IMG/VR virus record: IMGVR_UViG_3300029798_000001
Source: a virus
Taxonomy: Duplodnaviria; Caudoviricetes
Reading direction: 5' to 3' (one strand)
DNA length: 64,000 nucleotides
Below, piece by piece: positions 9,857 to 20,685 of this stretch. How positions within the stretch are numbered: position 1 is the stretch's first letter; each line of letters begins with the position of its first letter. Both the position numbers and the translations under genes were made by a program. The notes beneath the pieces were generated by a model. The model was not told where the DNA came from, did not search any database, and worked only from the letters and a program-made list of their open reading frames with translations.

Positions 9857-10126
9857 ATGTTTGAAACCCTTGTAGTTCAATTAGCTAAGGTTACTCTTAC
9901 TCCAGAACCAGTTAAGACTGAGTTCTATAACGGCACTCTCTTTGTTAGTAAAATTACCGAGCGCCAAGCTCGTAGCATTTTCCATGTATTAAGCCAAACA
10001 TTAGGTACGGGCACAGTGCAAGTGAGCCCAATTGGCGATTCCGGCGAATATGCTTTTGACTTTGTTGCGGAAAAACAACACCAAAATACTGAAGATTTTA
10101 GCCCGTTTGCCACAGTAAACAGCTAG
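9857..10126 (+). CDS. Early hypothetical protein
   Basis: AAGGAG RBS, ATG at 9857, own promoter. Confidence 0.7.
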   Translation: MFETLVVQLAKVTLTPEPVKTEFYNGTLFVSKITERQARSIFHVLSQTLGTGTVQVSPIGDSGEYAFDFVAEKQHQNTEDFSPFATVNS

Positions 10127-10127
10127 G

Positions 10128-10156
10128 TTGACCAGAAATTACCGATTTGTTATAAT
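10128..10156 (+). promoter_or_regulatory. Sigma70-type early promoter
   Basis: TTGACC-AGAAATTACCGATTTGT-TATAAT; near-identical to 57024-57052. Confidence 0.85.
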
Positions 10157-10187
10157 AGTATTATAGTAAATTAAAGGAGCAAGACAA

Positions 10188-10505
10188 ATGGCATACGATC
10201 ACTTAGCAAAATTAGATGTGGAAGGTTTGCAAGGTTACTTCTCCGATTTCCATAAAGACTTTTACGGCAGTCGCCCACGTTGGGGTACTCCTGAGCAGTG
10301 GATTGACCGTGCGTGGTTAGAGTCAAACATTATTAATATCCATACAGCCATGGATCGTATGAAACTAACCGTCGAAGGCCGCGAAGAACTTCGTGCGAAC
10401 GGTTGGGTCATTGATGAAGCAGACTACAATGATGTTATTGATCCTAAAGAATACGCAGAGTGGTCAGCTGATGCAGATGCTCAGGCCTATGGAGAGATGC
10501 TATAA
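10188..10505 (+). CDS. Early hypothetical protein
   Basis: AAGGAG RBS; YFSDFHKDFYGSRPR segment typical of T4-like phage early proteins. Confidence 0.7.
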   Translation: MAYDHLAKLDVEGLQGYFSDFHKDFYGSRPRWGTPEQWIDRAWLESNIINIHTAMDRMKLTVEGREELRANGWVIDEADYNDVIDPKEYAEWSADADAQAYGEML

Positions 10506-11122
10506 TGGGATCGTTCAAACACATCGAAATTGAAATCATGCACTGGCAGGCATGTGGCCGCACTGTAGAAGAAACTTATATCTATTGGAAAGACTATGTG
10601 ACCTACGAAGATGTGATTCGTATTTTTAGCCAGGAAACAGTATAATGGAAAAGAAAAAACCTAAGTTTATTTGGTATGATGCTCTGAAAAAAGAAGTCGA
10701 AAAGGCACAAGAAACTAAAGAATATAAACTGTCTTACACAATGAAACCTAAAGACATACTGACTTTTGTTGCTGGGCTGCATCAAGTTCAAGCAGACATG
10801 ATCGAAACCACCGTTGCTATGAAAGAAAAACAAGGTTTTCCAGAAGCCAATGCAGTAATCAACCATATCATGGAGATGAAATAATGATTACTTTAATTAC
10901 ATTCGCATTACTGATATATCTATTTGTAGATATCCCGGCATATGATCCCTGGGGTGACAAATGAAACCGCACTCTTTCCGTATGTGGTGCCAGGAAAAAT
11001 GGTTTGAACATAAAGACGAATTGGAATCTTATGGCCAACCGTTGCTTTATACAGCCGATCAATATTTTGCCCGATATAAGTTCTGGCTCAAGCGTGAGTA
11101 TCGTCATCAACAAAATGGTTAA
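10505..11122 (+). CDS. Four coupled small ORFs: 10505-10645, 10645-10884, 10884-10964, 10961-11122
   Basis: TAATG/ATGA stop-start overlaps tile the region without gaps. Confidence 0.6.
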
Positions 11123-11402
11123 GTATTTGCTCTCTGCTGTAGCAATCGCTCTTGTTGGGTGTGCAAGCCAACCAGAACAACCATATCAACCAGCAGACCT
11201 AACTAACTTTGTAGCGGCTTGCCAGTACTCTAATGGGAAGCCAGCCGCACATGACAAAATTAATTATTTAAATCGGTTAGTTAATGAATATCTTGAGTAC
11301 CACAAAACCCATCCTATTACCATAGAAGATCGTAGATACTACGGTCGATTGAAAAACTATATTTGGTCTATGAGATCAACATGCGCCGCACAGTACCTTT
11401 AA
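11115..11402 (+). CDS. Lipoprotein
   Basis: MVKYLLSAVAIALVGC lipobox; ATG at 11115 overlaps the upstream stop. Confidence 0.7.
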   Translation: MVKYLLSAVAIALVGCASQPEQPYQPADLTNFVAACQYSNGKPAAHDKINYLNRLVNEYLEYHKTHPITIEDRRYYGRLKNYIWSMRSTCAAQYL

Positions 11403-11944
11403 TTCTAGTTCTTATGGCGTCAACGGCACATGGTGAATGCTATGTGAGATCCGCAACGACTAATCGAACCTCTATAAACATTACCGCTGTGGCCGATGTT
11501 GAGTCCTTGGTAGTTCCTATTTCGCCAACACAGAACAAGTGTATAGTGAGTTTTCGGGCGCAGGTAAACGGACGCTGGATTACAGCCGAAGGTGAAAAGG
11601 TAGGGCCAAAATCCATATCCGAAAAAGATTTATGTGCCAGTGCAATAGACGACGGTCGTGTACAAATACTAAGTCGTGCAGACAGCGGACGAATGGATGT
11701 AGAACAGAATATGGTTTGTAATGATCAACCTGAAATAAAGGTTAGGGCAGTTAGACTTGGTGAACGGGTGCGTGAAAGCGAAGTGCTACCCCATCCGAAC
11801 TTTCCACGACAGTTTGTCTATCGTACTGCCGCCTGTAGATGGTTTATCGAACCCGAAGTACATCCTGGTCGTGATTTACTACAACGCCAGGGTATTATTT
11901 GTCAAGTAAACGGTAACGAGTGGCAAGTGGTTGACAAATGGTAA
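11381..11944 (+). CDS. Secreted/periplasmic protein with multiple Cys
   Basis: MRRTVPLILVLMASTAHG signal peptide; several Cys suitable for disulfides. Confidence 0.65.
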   Translation: MRRTVPLILVLMASTAHGECYVRSATTNRTSINITAVADVESLVVPISPTQNKCIVSFRAQVNGRWITAEGEKVGPKSISEKDLCASAIDDGRVQILSRADSGRMDVEQNMVCNDQPEIKVRAVRLGERVRESEVLPHPNFPRQFVYRTAACRWFIEPEVHPGRDLLQRQGIICQVNGNEWQVVDKW

Positions 11945-11993
11945 GGATTGTAGTAATATATTGTTATAGTAACCAAACCCTAGAGGTGATAGA

Positions 11994-12737
11994 ATGAAGA
12001 AATTAGCAATTGCAGTAGCAGTAGCAGGTGTATTGAGTGCCTGTGGTACAAGTGGTACTAATTATAGTGCCCAGTATAACCAACAATCCACTCAAACTTC
12101 AGCGCAGATGAGTAATGCTATTAGTCAGGCACCGGAATGGATGAGCAAGTTACCAAAGGCCGCAGGGTATGTGTTTGAAAACGGCACAGCAACCAGTTCC
12201 GACTTTGGATTTGCCGATATCAAGGCCAAGACCATTGCCTACAGCAAAATCTGTACAGCCGCAGGCGGTAAAGTGCGTAGTCAGGTTAAAATGTATAAGG
12301 CCGATAATGGCGACACCGGCACCGAGCAAAGTGAAATGGCTGTTCGGAGTATGTGCCCAGATGTGGATATCAGTGGTGTAGAAACTGTTGAGATGAAACA
12401 CGTAGCTGATGGCAATCGCATTCGTACCTATGTGTTGGTAGCACTACCACTTAATGGTCATATGAATAAAGATATTAAGCGTAGTGCCAAAGAGGCCTTT
12501 AAGGAACTTGACGAAATCACAGGCAATAAGCCACTTAGTAGTGATGTTGAAGTTGCGCCAGTAACTGTTACACCAGTTGCACCACAGAAGAGTGAAGAAG
12601 TTAAAGTATCTCAACCAGACGGTGCAACCTCAACACTCAACTTGATGCCAGTGGAGAATGCCGAGTACAAGGCTCGTCGAGAAGAAGCACTTAAGAAACC
12701 CGGGGCTGTAATAGGACAAGTTTCAATTGCCAACTAA
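11994..12737 (+). CDS. Lipoprotein, LPP20-like
   Basis: MKKLAIAVAVAGVLSAC lipobox; APEWM...GTATS.D...A..KA pattern. Confidence 0.7.
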   Translation: MKKLAIAVAVAGVLSACGTSGTNYSAQYNQQSTQTSAQMSNAISQAPEWMSKLPKAAGYVFENGTATSSDFGFADIKAKTIAYSKICTAAGGKVRSQVKMYKADNGDTGTEQSEMAVRSMCPDVDISGVETVEMKHVADGNRIRTYVLVALPLNGHMNKDIKRSAKEAFKELDEITGNKPLSSDVEVAPVTVTPVAPQKSEEVKVSQPDGATSTLNLMPVENAEYKARREEALKKPGAVIGQVSIAN

Positions 12738-12749
12738 TCGAGTAAATAA

Positions 12750-14129
12750 ATGAACACCATAGACTTTACCGGTGAACAATTTGATGAGATAAAAGTGGCC
12801 GCCGATTGGATACGAGACTTAGAGAGTAGTGATAGTCGGTTACACAAGGAATCAGTGATTGAGAAGGCCTTACTGGCCAGTAAGCTAGGTTCCTCAAACG
12901 CTCAGTGTTTCTTGTTTAACTGCTACCAAGCCTACAACCCCTATTATGTCTTTGGTGTTAAAAAAGTTCCAGAGACTGATGGTCTAATAGATAAACCCAA
13001 TCCATGGCCAAAGTTCTGGGCCATGCTCGAAGGTCTCCGTACTCGTGGTCTCACCGGTCACAATGCCAAGACCGCAATTGAGTTTATGTCAGAGCAGTTT
13101 GATTCGGTGGAGTGGAACAACCTATGCCGTAGAGTTATTATTAAAGATCTACGCTGTGGCATCAGTGAAAAAACTTTAAACAAGGTTCTTGGCAACACTG
13201 AATGGCGGATTCCTGTGTTTACTTGTCAGTTGGCTACAGACTCAGAAAAGCATGTGGCTAAAATGACCGGAATCAAACGCCTAGAACAGAAGTTAGATGG
13301 TGTGCGTGTGCTGGCGGTAGTAACCAAGACCGCAGTGAATCTATACAGTCGCAATGGTAAGCCGTTTGATAACTTTCCGCAGATTGTAGAATCACTCGAA
13401 GATATTAAAAATAAGTTTGCTAAACTATTTCAAAGAAATCCAATGGGATTTGTGTTAGATGGCGAAATCATTGGTGAAAGTTTTCAAGCCTTAATGAAAC
13501 AGGCCCAACGTAAGACGGATGTGCAAACAGATGGTATGACTTATAGCGTGTTTGATGTTATTCCATTGGCAGACTTTGAACGTGGATTTTGGAATGCCCA
13601 ACAATATAAACGCCTGGCTATCCTAGAAGAATATCGTGCGGTGTTTGAAATGACCAACTCGGTTCGTATCATGGACGGTATTGAAGTTGATTTAGACACA
13701 GCTGAAGGACACGATATACTTAAACGCTACTCTGCAGATGCAGTAGCAGACGGTTTTGAGGGAATCATGATAAAATCACTCGACGCACCGTATGAATGCC
13801 GTCGTAGCACATTCTGGATGAAGCTCAAGCCAACCATCACTGTAGACTTAAATATTGTTGGTTTTGAAGAAGGCACTGGTCGCAATGTAGGCCGCTTGGG
13901 TGCTATAATTTGTGAAGGAGATGACAATGGTCGTCGTATTAATGTTAATGTGGGTAGTGGCCTTTCCGATGCTAATCGTGATGAATATTGGAGTGCCCGA
14001 GATCAGTTACTTGGCGATGTTATTGAAGTCGAAGCAGACGCAGTGACACAAAATCAAGATGGAACTTACAGTTTGAGATTCCCTCGCTTTGTTCGTTTTC
14101 GTGGATTTGAACCTGGAGAGAAATTATGA
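12750..14129 (+). CDS. lig: ATP-dependent DNA ligase
   Basis: EQKLDGVR (KxDG), LDGEI, FDVI, EGIMIK, WMKLK, LRFPRF motifs. Confidence 0.95.
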   Translation: MNTIDFTGEQFDEIKVAADWIRDLESSDSRLHKESVIEKALLASKLGSSNAQCFLFNCYQAYNPYYVFGVKKVPETDGLIDKPNPWPKFWAMLEGLRTRGLTGHNAKTAIEFMSEQFDSVEWNNLCRRVIIKDLRCGISEKTLNKVLGNTEWRIPVFTCQLATDSEKHVAKMTGIKRLEQKLDGVRVLAVVTKTAVNLYSRNGKPFDNFPQIVESLEDIKNKFAKLFQRNPMGFVLDGEIIGESFQALMKQAQRKTDVQTDGMTYSVFDVIPLADFERGFWNAQQYKRLAILEEYRAVFEMTNSVRIMDGIEVDLDTAEGHDILKRYSADAVADGFEGIMIKSLDAPYECRRSTFWMKLKPTITVDLNIVGFEEGTGRNVGRLGAIICEGDDNGRRINVNVGSGLSDANRDEYWSARDQLLGDVIEVEADAVTQNQDGTYSLRFPRFVRFRGFEPGEKL

Positions 14130-14550
14130 TTGAATGGTTTATGGCGCAGACTTGGCTAATCGAAGGTCTAGTCACAATGGTTGCGGCCCTAATGGTAGCG
14201 ACCATTGTTTATTTTTGGATAGAACATTTTAGAGGTGAATAATGGGAATCAGTGATCCTGCTTTTGGCGCAGTTCCGGATATTGATATGACCTACCCTAA
14301 CGGAACAGTGGGCTCATTCAAAATTCAGTCGCCAAATTTAGTGGCAGACAAAACAGGCCTTTATCAAATTCTCAACACGGATGAATACCAAAATTCAGTG
14401 GCCTTTCATGCAGGTGGCGCAGAAATGCTACGCTTGAGCCCAGATGGGTTTTATGTTCGCGGGCAACTAGTCGATCAGGATGACAAAGAAGCACAAACAG
14501 TATATAATAGTTTTACACAATGGTTAGCTTGGCAACAACTTAGCAGATAG
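14126..14550 (+). CDS. Two hypothetical ORFs: membrane peptide 14126-14242 and 14242-14550
   Basis: ATGA/TAATG coupling; the first is hydrophobic. Confidence 0.55.
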
Positions 14551-14558
14551 AGGATCAA

Positions 14559-15680
14559 ATGGCAACACAAGAAGAACAGCAATTACTAATTGATACACTA
14601 AAGTTTACTCCACGCACCTACAAGATCAGTATGTGGGGTTATGGTGGCGAAAAGGTCATGGGCACAGTAAGTCGTGAAGCCTACGACTATTGTTTGGAAA
14701 ACCAAGTTGACCTTACAGACATTTCGTGGAATTCAGATTCCGCAGAAGAAATGGAACTCGACGAAGATAAACTACCATTTCCTCCTGGTTCATGGTATGA
14801 GTGTGACAATATGGCTCACGCTAGTGGTGTTAGCCGTAATGCCGGCACTATTCAGATCGAGGATGAAAATGGCGAAGTGGTATTTGAAAAGTCTCTTGAA
14901 GACTGCGACGGTTGTGAAGATAGCCCAGAGTGGTCGTGTTTTGATGAAGCGTACATTGGTAGCCAACCTGCTGGCACTGTAGTATTTGTTGGCTCCAGCA
15001 ACGAAAAGGGCACATTCTTCGAAGGCGAGATCGAACTTACTGCGCCGTTTGATATTACCAAACTTACTTTGTCCTGCGAGGATATCGATGGAGAAGAACT
15101 TATTAGCAGTGTAACTTACGATGGCGAAGATATCGACAACTTTGGTGGTAGCACCGATGGTAAGAGTTCGGACTTTGGTATGTATGTTGTTATTGACAGC
15201 AACACATGGGAAACTTATAGCCCAGAAGAAAAAGATTGGGGCCACCCTGAATACGGCACAAGTCCAAGCACCTGGGAGAAGTCTCCGGACTTTAAGTTTA
15301 AGAAAGACAAGCCAACGATTCCAGGTTACTATAGCGTAAACTGGTGCTATGGTTCTACATATGGTAGCTTGTATTGGGATGGTAAAGAGTTTGGAGATTG
15401 GGAATACGGCAAATTTAATCCAGTAGCACAAGAAGGGGTGAAGTCTTGGTCTGGTTATAACTGGGACACTAGCAACTGGGATAACCAGCCGATAGAGCCA
15501 TTTGATATTATTTGCTCCAACGAAAAATGTGGGTGGGTGGGTAAAAGTGACGAGCGACGTACAGACGATAACTATGATGATCACTGCCCTAATTGTGATG
15601 GTACCGAGTTTAGCTGGATTGACTATGATCCAGACAGTAAACAAGGCCGTGCCAATCGTAAGAAGTATTGTAAAGAATAG
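14559..15680 (+). CDS. Acidic multidomain hypothetical protein with C-terminal Zn-ribbon
   Basis: 373 aa; CSNEKC...CPNC near the C-terminus; AGGA RBS. Confidence 0.7.
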   Translation: MATQEEQQLLIDTLKFTPRTYKISMWGYGGEKVMGTVSREAYDYCLENQVDLTDISWNSDSAEEMELDEDKLPFPPGSWYECDNMAHASGVSRNAGTIQIEDENGEVVFEKSLEDCDGCEDSPEWSCFDEAYIGSQPAGTVVFVGSSNEKGTFFEGEIELTAPFDITKLTLSCEDIDGEELISSVTYDGEDIDNFGGSTDGKSSDFGMYVVIDSNTWETYSPEEKDWGHPEYGTSPSTWEKSPDFKFKKDKPTIPGYYSVNWCYGSTYGSLYWDGKEFGDWEYGKFNPVAQEGVKSWSGYNWDTSNWDNQPIEPFDIICSNEKCGWVGKSDERRTDDNYDDHCPNCDGTEFSWIDYDPDSKQGRANRKKYCKE

Positions 15681-15756
15681 GATCCAGTGGCTTCTTTAGA
15701 AAAAATTATTAAAGAGATCCCTGTTACAGAATAAATTTTAAATTAAGGAGATGTAA

Positions 15757-16293
15757 ATGACTTGGACAATTCCAAATGTAACTTTCGCCTTGCGCGAAGG
15801 AGATGAACCACCAGTAGAAGGCGGCAGCTGCCCAATTGGTGGTGAATTTGTATTTAAAACCACAGCAGACTTGTTTGCCAACAAGCGTGTAATCGTATTC
15901 AGCTTGCCAGGAGCATTTACGCCCACTTGCTCAACATATCAACTACCCGGTTTTGAAGAGCAGTTTGCTGATTTCCAAGCCGAAGGTATTGATGAGATTT
16001 ACTGTATCTCAGTCAACGATGCCTTTGTCATGAACGAATGGGCTCGCGGCCTTGGCATTAAGAATGTTAAAGTTATTCCTGATGGAAACGGCGACTTTAC
16101 TCGCTTAATGGGTATGTTGGTCAATAAAACTGTTATCGGCTTTGGCCCACGCAGTCATCGCTATGCCGCTATCATCAATGATGGCACTGTAGAAAAACTG
16201 TTTGAAGAACCCGGCCGTGAAGATAATCACAACGGTGATCCATACGGCGAAAGTAGTCCTGAAAATGTAATGAAATACCTTACCGGAGAGTAG
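15757..16293 (+). CDS. Peroxiredoxin (Prx5/Redoxin type)
   Basis: FSLPGAFTPTCS, CISVNDAFVM..W, PDGNGDFT, RSHRYA. Confidence 0.92.
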   Translation: MTWTIPNVTFALREGDEPPVEGGSCPIGGEFVFKTTADLFANKRVIVFSLPGAFTPTCSTYQLPGFEEQFADFQAEGIDEIYCISVNDAFVMNEWARGLGIKNVKVIPDGNGDFTRLMGMLVNKTVIGFGPRSHRYAAIINDGTVEKLFEEPGREDNHNGDPYGESSPENVMKYLTGE

Positions 16294-16295
16294 TT

Positions 16296-16493
16296 ATGAT
16301 TTGGTTATTTCTAGGTCTTCTGTTAGGATACGGCATAGGAGCCAACCGCCAGGCGCAGCGACTTCCGGACGACTTAGAAAAATGTAATGTTGAACGAAGT
16401 CAACAAGAGAAAGATATCGCATACTATAAAAAATTAACCAAAGATTTAGTTGACGATAATACAGAACTCAGGAGAAAAATTAATGATGCCTAG
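16296..16493 (+). CDS. Small membrane-anchored coiled-coil protein
   Basis: N-terminal hydrophobic stretch followed by a charged helical region. Confidence 0.55.
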   Translation: MIWLFLGLLLGYGIGANRQAQRLPDDLEKCNVERSQQEKDIAYYKKLTKDLVDDNTELRRKINDA

Positions 16494-16677
16494 AGCGGAA
16501 GTAGCAGGATTATGTGGATGCGGTCGTAGCCCAATAGGCAAGTGTTGTGGCTGGCATGCCCTTACCGAAGATCAATATCGTGCTAAAAAAGACGAATATG
16601 ACTTGGCACAATACCGCGAGCAAGCCGAAGAACTTTGGTTCAATGGTGGTTCTTGTACTGGTGGTAAGCCTGAGTGA
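16483..16677 (+). CDS. CDGSH-like metal-binding (Fe-S/Zn) protein
   Basis: CGCGRSPIGKCCGWH resembles CxCxxS..P.CDGSH; GGAGA RBS. Confidence 0.55.
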   Translation: MMPRAEVAGLCGCGRSPIGKCCGWHALTEDQYRAKKDEYDLAQYREQAEELWFNGGSCTGGKPE

Positions 16678-16776
16678 CCTTGATATCCAGATTGCTTTTG
16701 TATTGGGCGTTTACTTTGTTATAATGTTAGTAATTGCCCTTTTAGCACATCTACTTACTAAAAAATATAACGACAA

Positions 16777-17546
16777 ATGAATCCTGTTAAACTACTAGCC
16801 GATGGTATTGACCATCTTTGGTATTGGACCTATGGTATTATTGCTGGCTGGGGGCTGACATTCACTGTGGTTATTGTAGCAATTGTATTATTGTTTATTC
16901 GCACCATTAACCTGCAACGCAGAGTCGATCGATTAGAAAATCGTCTTATCACAGCCGAACGCGACTATAATCTTACGGTGAATAATTGGAAGAACAAATA
17001 AATCATACCTGTTCAGTTTGTCAGTGTGAGTTTACCGACGATGACAGTGGCATAGATGGGTACTTTGGCATCCTTCCTGTGCGGTTTTGCCCTACTTGTT
17101 TTAGCTGTATGTGTGATATGACCAGTCAGTACATCGATCAAAAAGAGGAAGAAACAAATCCTGAACATGATCGATTAATAGAACACCTGCGTGGGTTACG
17201 CAGGATTGTAGTTAATACTCAACATGGCGGGTTTGGCCTAAGTCACGAAGGACAGATAGAATATTTAGAACGGTCAAACATTGCTTACACTTTAGAAGAC
17301 CGTGAAAGCCGAGATGCTACTCTGAGATTAGGCCAGTGTATTAAAGTTAATGGCAATCATTGGGCAGATTATAATGTTGCCAGAGATAATCCAGTATTAA
17401 TTAGTGTAGTGGAAGATTTAAAAGATCGTGCTAATGGGACTCACGCGAATTTAAGAATAGTGCAGGTTCCGGCCGATGTACGCTGGGTAATTGAAGAATA
17501 TGATGGAAAAGAGTGGGTCGCTGAGCAACACAGGACCTGGGATTAA
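16777..17546 (+). CDS. Two hypothetical ORFs: membrane protein 16777-17001 and 16986-17546 (Zn-finger N-terminus)
   Basis: The first has a transmembrane segment; the second has CSVC...CPTC and the phage-type WVIEEYDGKEWVAE end. Confidence 0.6.
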
Positions 17547-17566
17547 TTTACAATAAATATAAAACT

Positions 17567-19489
17567 ATGCTACTTGGCTACATGACCTTATTCACTGCGT
17601 TGATACTTTCGTTATCAGCAGCAGTATACTCAATACTAGGATTGACTGCCATCTTTGCATCGGCTTTTTGGCCTATTGTTATTCTTGGAGGCAGCCTTGA
17701 GATTGGTAAAATTGTCACGGTATTATGGTTACACAAATATTGGACCAAGGCAGAAATACAATATAAACTATATCTATGTAGTGCCGTACTTATATTAATG
17801 GTGCTAACCAGTATGGGGGTGTTTGGCTTCTTATCAAAGGCACACCTAGATCAAGCAGTACCGAGCGGCGATATACAAGCTCAAGTACAAATATTTGATG
17901 ATAAAATTCAAACACAAAAAGACAACATTAAAACAGCCCGAGCGGCACTAACACAAATGGATAGCGCCGTAGATCAGGTTATGGGCCGTAGCCAGGATGA
18001 AAAGGGCGCAGATAAAGCAGTTGCTATTCGTAGAAGTCAGGCCCGTGAGCGCACAGCATTACAAAATGAGATCTCAAAAGCTCAAACAGAAATTACCAAG
18101 TTACAAGAAGGCCGTGCCCCTATTGCTAGCCAAGCTCGTAAAGTAGAAGCAGAAGTAGGACCAATCAAATATATTGCCGCATTAATCTATAGCGACAATC
18201 CAGATCAAAATATTTTAGAAAAAGCAGTCCGTTGGGTTATTATTCTTATTGTTATTGTATTTGATCCATTGGCTCTTACATTGTTATTGGCCGCAACCAA
18301 AGCTATTGAATGGGAGCACGGCATTGATTTATTCAATTTGCAAAAGAAAAAAGATGAAGAACCAGTAGAGGAAGAATCGGCGGAATCTTGGTTTGACCGT
18401 GCAAAGAAACGAGCCCGCTTTTGGGACAAACATCGAGTAGAGCAAGAAAAAAATGAAGTTGAGTTTGAGGGAGTTCGGATCAATAGTAGAAAATGGATAC
18501 AAACAGGGCCAGAAATTCCTGTGCCTACCCATGTAAAGACCGTATACGATATTGATAATCTTGAGCCAGTGTTTGATCGTCAAGAAGATATTCCTGCAGA
18601 AGAGTATTCTCAGGCAGATGTAATATTGCGTCAAGGTGTCGCTGGGATTGATTCCTCCACTGCCATTCCTCTTAACGAACTGGCCAAAGATCCAAGCTCG
18701 CCCGGGTGGATGTTTACAAATATACCAAATACAAATGACCCTGTCGAAGTTGTTGACCCCCTTGCACATATAATTGTGCCACCCATAGACAAAGACCAAG
18801 ACCCACTACATCATTTAGTTAAAATGATGTGGTTACACGGTCATCCAAATCCGTTAGATGAACGAGCGTATCATGCACAATATCAGTCTGGCGATATCGA
18901 TCGATTACCCTGGCACGATGCCGAGCATATTAATAATCTTCCGATTAGTGATGGTGAGAAAAAACAATTAATATCTCGGTTTGTTGATATTCCACAATTA
19001 CCACCTACAAGATTTGTTGAAATAACCCCAATAACAGTCGATACCGATTCGGTATCAACACCGAGTGTTGAAGAGCCTAGCATATCTGAAAACACTCCCC
19101 CGGGTGGTGACGGGAATCTTTGGATACCACAAAACGGCCAATGGATTAATGCTGGCCCAATGGAACAATTTGATTTATCTAAGTTAGAAATAACAGCCGA
19201 TAATGTACCAACTGGAATTGCAGGCGAGGTTAAAGGCTTCGGAACACAATTTCCGATAGATGTTAATAAAGGTGACATGTTTTTACGAGTTGATTACTTA
19301 CCTAGCGTATTATATAAATTTAATGGAACCAACTGGATCGAAGTTGACAAAGCACTAACTGATAGCCATGCATATGATCAAGCATACATTGATCACTTAA
19401 TTTCTAAAATTGATTCGGGTGAGTATGACCCTGATTTGTTAAGTGATGCCGAACGAGACAGTATTGAAAAACGATTAAAACAACCATGA
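17567..19489 (+). CDS. Membrane protein with coiled-coil, Pro/acidic linker and conserved C-terminal domain
   Basis: Three N-terminal TM segments, coiled coil, further TM; TAAATA at 17554-17559 only 7 nt before ATG (leaderless-like). Confidence 0.75.
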   Translation: MLLGYMTLFTALILSLSAAVYSILGLTAIFASAFWPIVILGGSLEIGKIVTVLWLHKYWTKAEIQYKLYLCSAVLILMVLTSMGVFGFLSKAHLDQAVPSGDIQAQVQIFDDKIQTQKDNIKTARAALTQMDSAVDQVMGRSQDEKGADKAVAIRRSQARERTALQNEISKAQTEITKLQEGRAPIASQARKVEAEVGPIKYIAALIYSDNPDQNILEKAVRWVIILIVIVFDPLALTLLLAATKAIEWEHGIDLFNLQKKKDEEPVEEESAESWFDRAKKRARFWDKHRVEQEKNEVEFEGVRINSRKWIQTGPEIPVPTHVKTVYDIDNLEPVFDRQEDIPAEEYSQADVILRQGVAGIDSSTAIPLNELAKDPSSPGWMFTNIPNTNDPVEVVDPLAHIIVPPIDKDQDPLHHLVKMMWLHGHPNPLDERAYHAQYQSGDIDRLPWHDAEHINNLPISDGEKKQLISRFVDIPQLPPTRFVEITPITVDTDSVSTPSVEEPSISENTPPGGDGNLWIPQNGQWINAGPMEQFDLSKLEITADNVPTGIAGEVKGFGTQFPIDVNKGDMFLRVDYLPSVLYKFNGTNWIEVDKALTDSHAYDQAYIDHLISKIDSGEYDPDLLSDAERDSIEKRLKQP

Positions 19490-20685
19490 CCAATACATTA
19501 GCCCATTGTAGTTTTTGTGATAAACATAAAGATCAAGTCGGAAAATTGATTGTAAGTCATAATGTTGCTATTTGTAGTGACTGTATAGAATTTTGTAATA
19601 ATCTACTTAAAGATACTAAAAAAACAAACATTAAACAAAAACCTACCATTGATGTTCCGGATCCGTTGGACATAAAAAACTATCTTGATCAACATGTAGT
19701 AGGTCAAGACCAGTCCAAAATTGTTCTTAGTGTAGCCGTCGCTAATCATTTTAAACGAATTAGCCACGGTGGAACTGATTTACAAAAATCTAATATTCTA
19801 ATGATAGGACCTACCGGAACCGGCAAGACACTTATGGCTAAAACTGTGGCACGATATTTAAATGTACCATTTGTAATAGCCGATGCAACTACTTTAACTG
19901 AAGCCGGGTATGTTGGTGAAGATGTTGAAAGTTTAATTGCCGGGTTATACACAGCCGCCGACGGTAATATTGAACAATGTCAACGCGGTATTATATTCCT
20001 TGATGAAATTGACAAAATTGCTAGAAAAAGCGAAAGCTCAACGGTAACAAAAGATGTTAGCGGCGAAGGAGTACAACAGGCCTTGTTAAAATTAGTCGAA
20101 GGCACTCGATGCAGGATACCTGCACACGGTACTAAAAAAACTAGTCAGTCTGACACTGTAGAAATTGATACTACTAATATTTTGTTTATTGCTAGTGGTG
20201 CCTTTGTTGGGCTTGACAATATTTTAAAAAGTCGAATACAAGGGACTAGCATGGGGTTTGGAGCTCAAATTACTTCGGAAACAATACAAGAGTTAGAGCC
20301 AGTTACACCCGATGATTTAGTTCGGTATGGAATGATTCCAGAATTTGTAGGAAGATTTAGTAGTTATGTTAATTTACACGGGTTAACTAAGACTCAATTG
20401 ATTAGTATATTAACCGATGTTAAACATAATTTTATAGAACAATATCAATGGTTGTTTGATCAAGACGGAGTAAACTTAACTTTTGACACAGAAAGTCTTA
20501 ATCTTATAGCAGAACGCACATTAAAGACAAAAACTGGTGCTAGAGGATTACATAGCGAGCTAGAACGCATACTGTTACCACATATGTTTGATTTACCTAG
20601 ATATAACAAACAGAACATCTCTCGGGTCGTAATCAATAAAACCCAGGTAAATACTCCAATGACACTATTACAAGGAAACGCATGA
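19486..20685 (+). CDS. clpX: ATP-dependent Clp protease ATP-binding subunit ClpX
   Basis: N-terminal C4 Zn domain, [42 protein letters not shown] loop, TGARGL. Confidence 0.95.
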   Translation: MTNTLAHCSFCDKHKDQVGKLIVSHNVAICSDCIEFCNNLLKDTKKTNIKQKPTIDVPDPLDIKNYLDQHVVGQDQSKIVLSVAVANHFKRISHGGTDLQKSNILMIGPTGTGKTLMAKTVARYLNVPFVIADATTLTEAGYVGEDVESLIAGLYTAADGNIEQCQRGIIFLDEIDKIARKSESSTVTKDVSGEGVQQALLKLVEGTRCRIPAHGTKKTSQSDTVEIDTTNILFIASGAFVGLDNILKSRIQGTSMGFGAQITSETIQELEPVTPDDLVRYGMIPEFVGRFSSYVNLHGLTKTQLISILTDVKHNFIEQYQWLFDQDGVNLTFDTESLNLIAERTLKTKTGARGLHSELERILLPHMFDLPRYNKQNISRVVINKTQVNTPMTLLQGNA

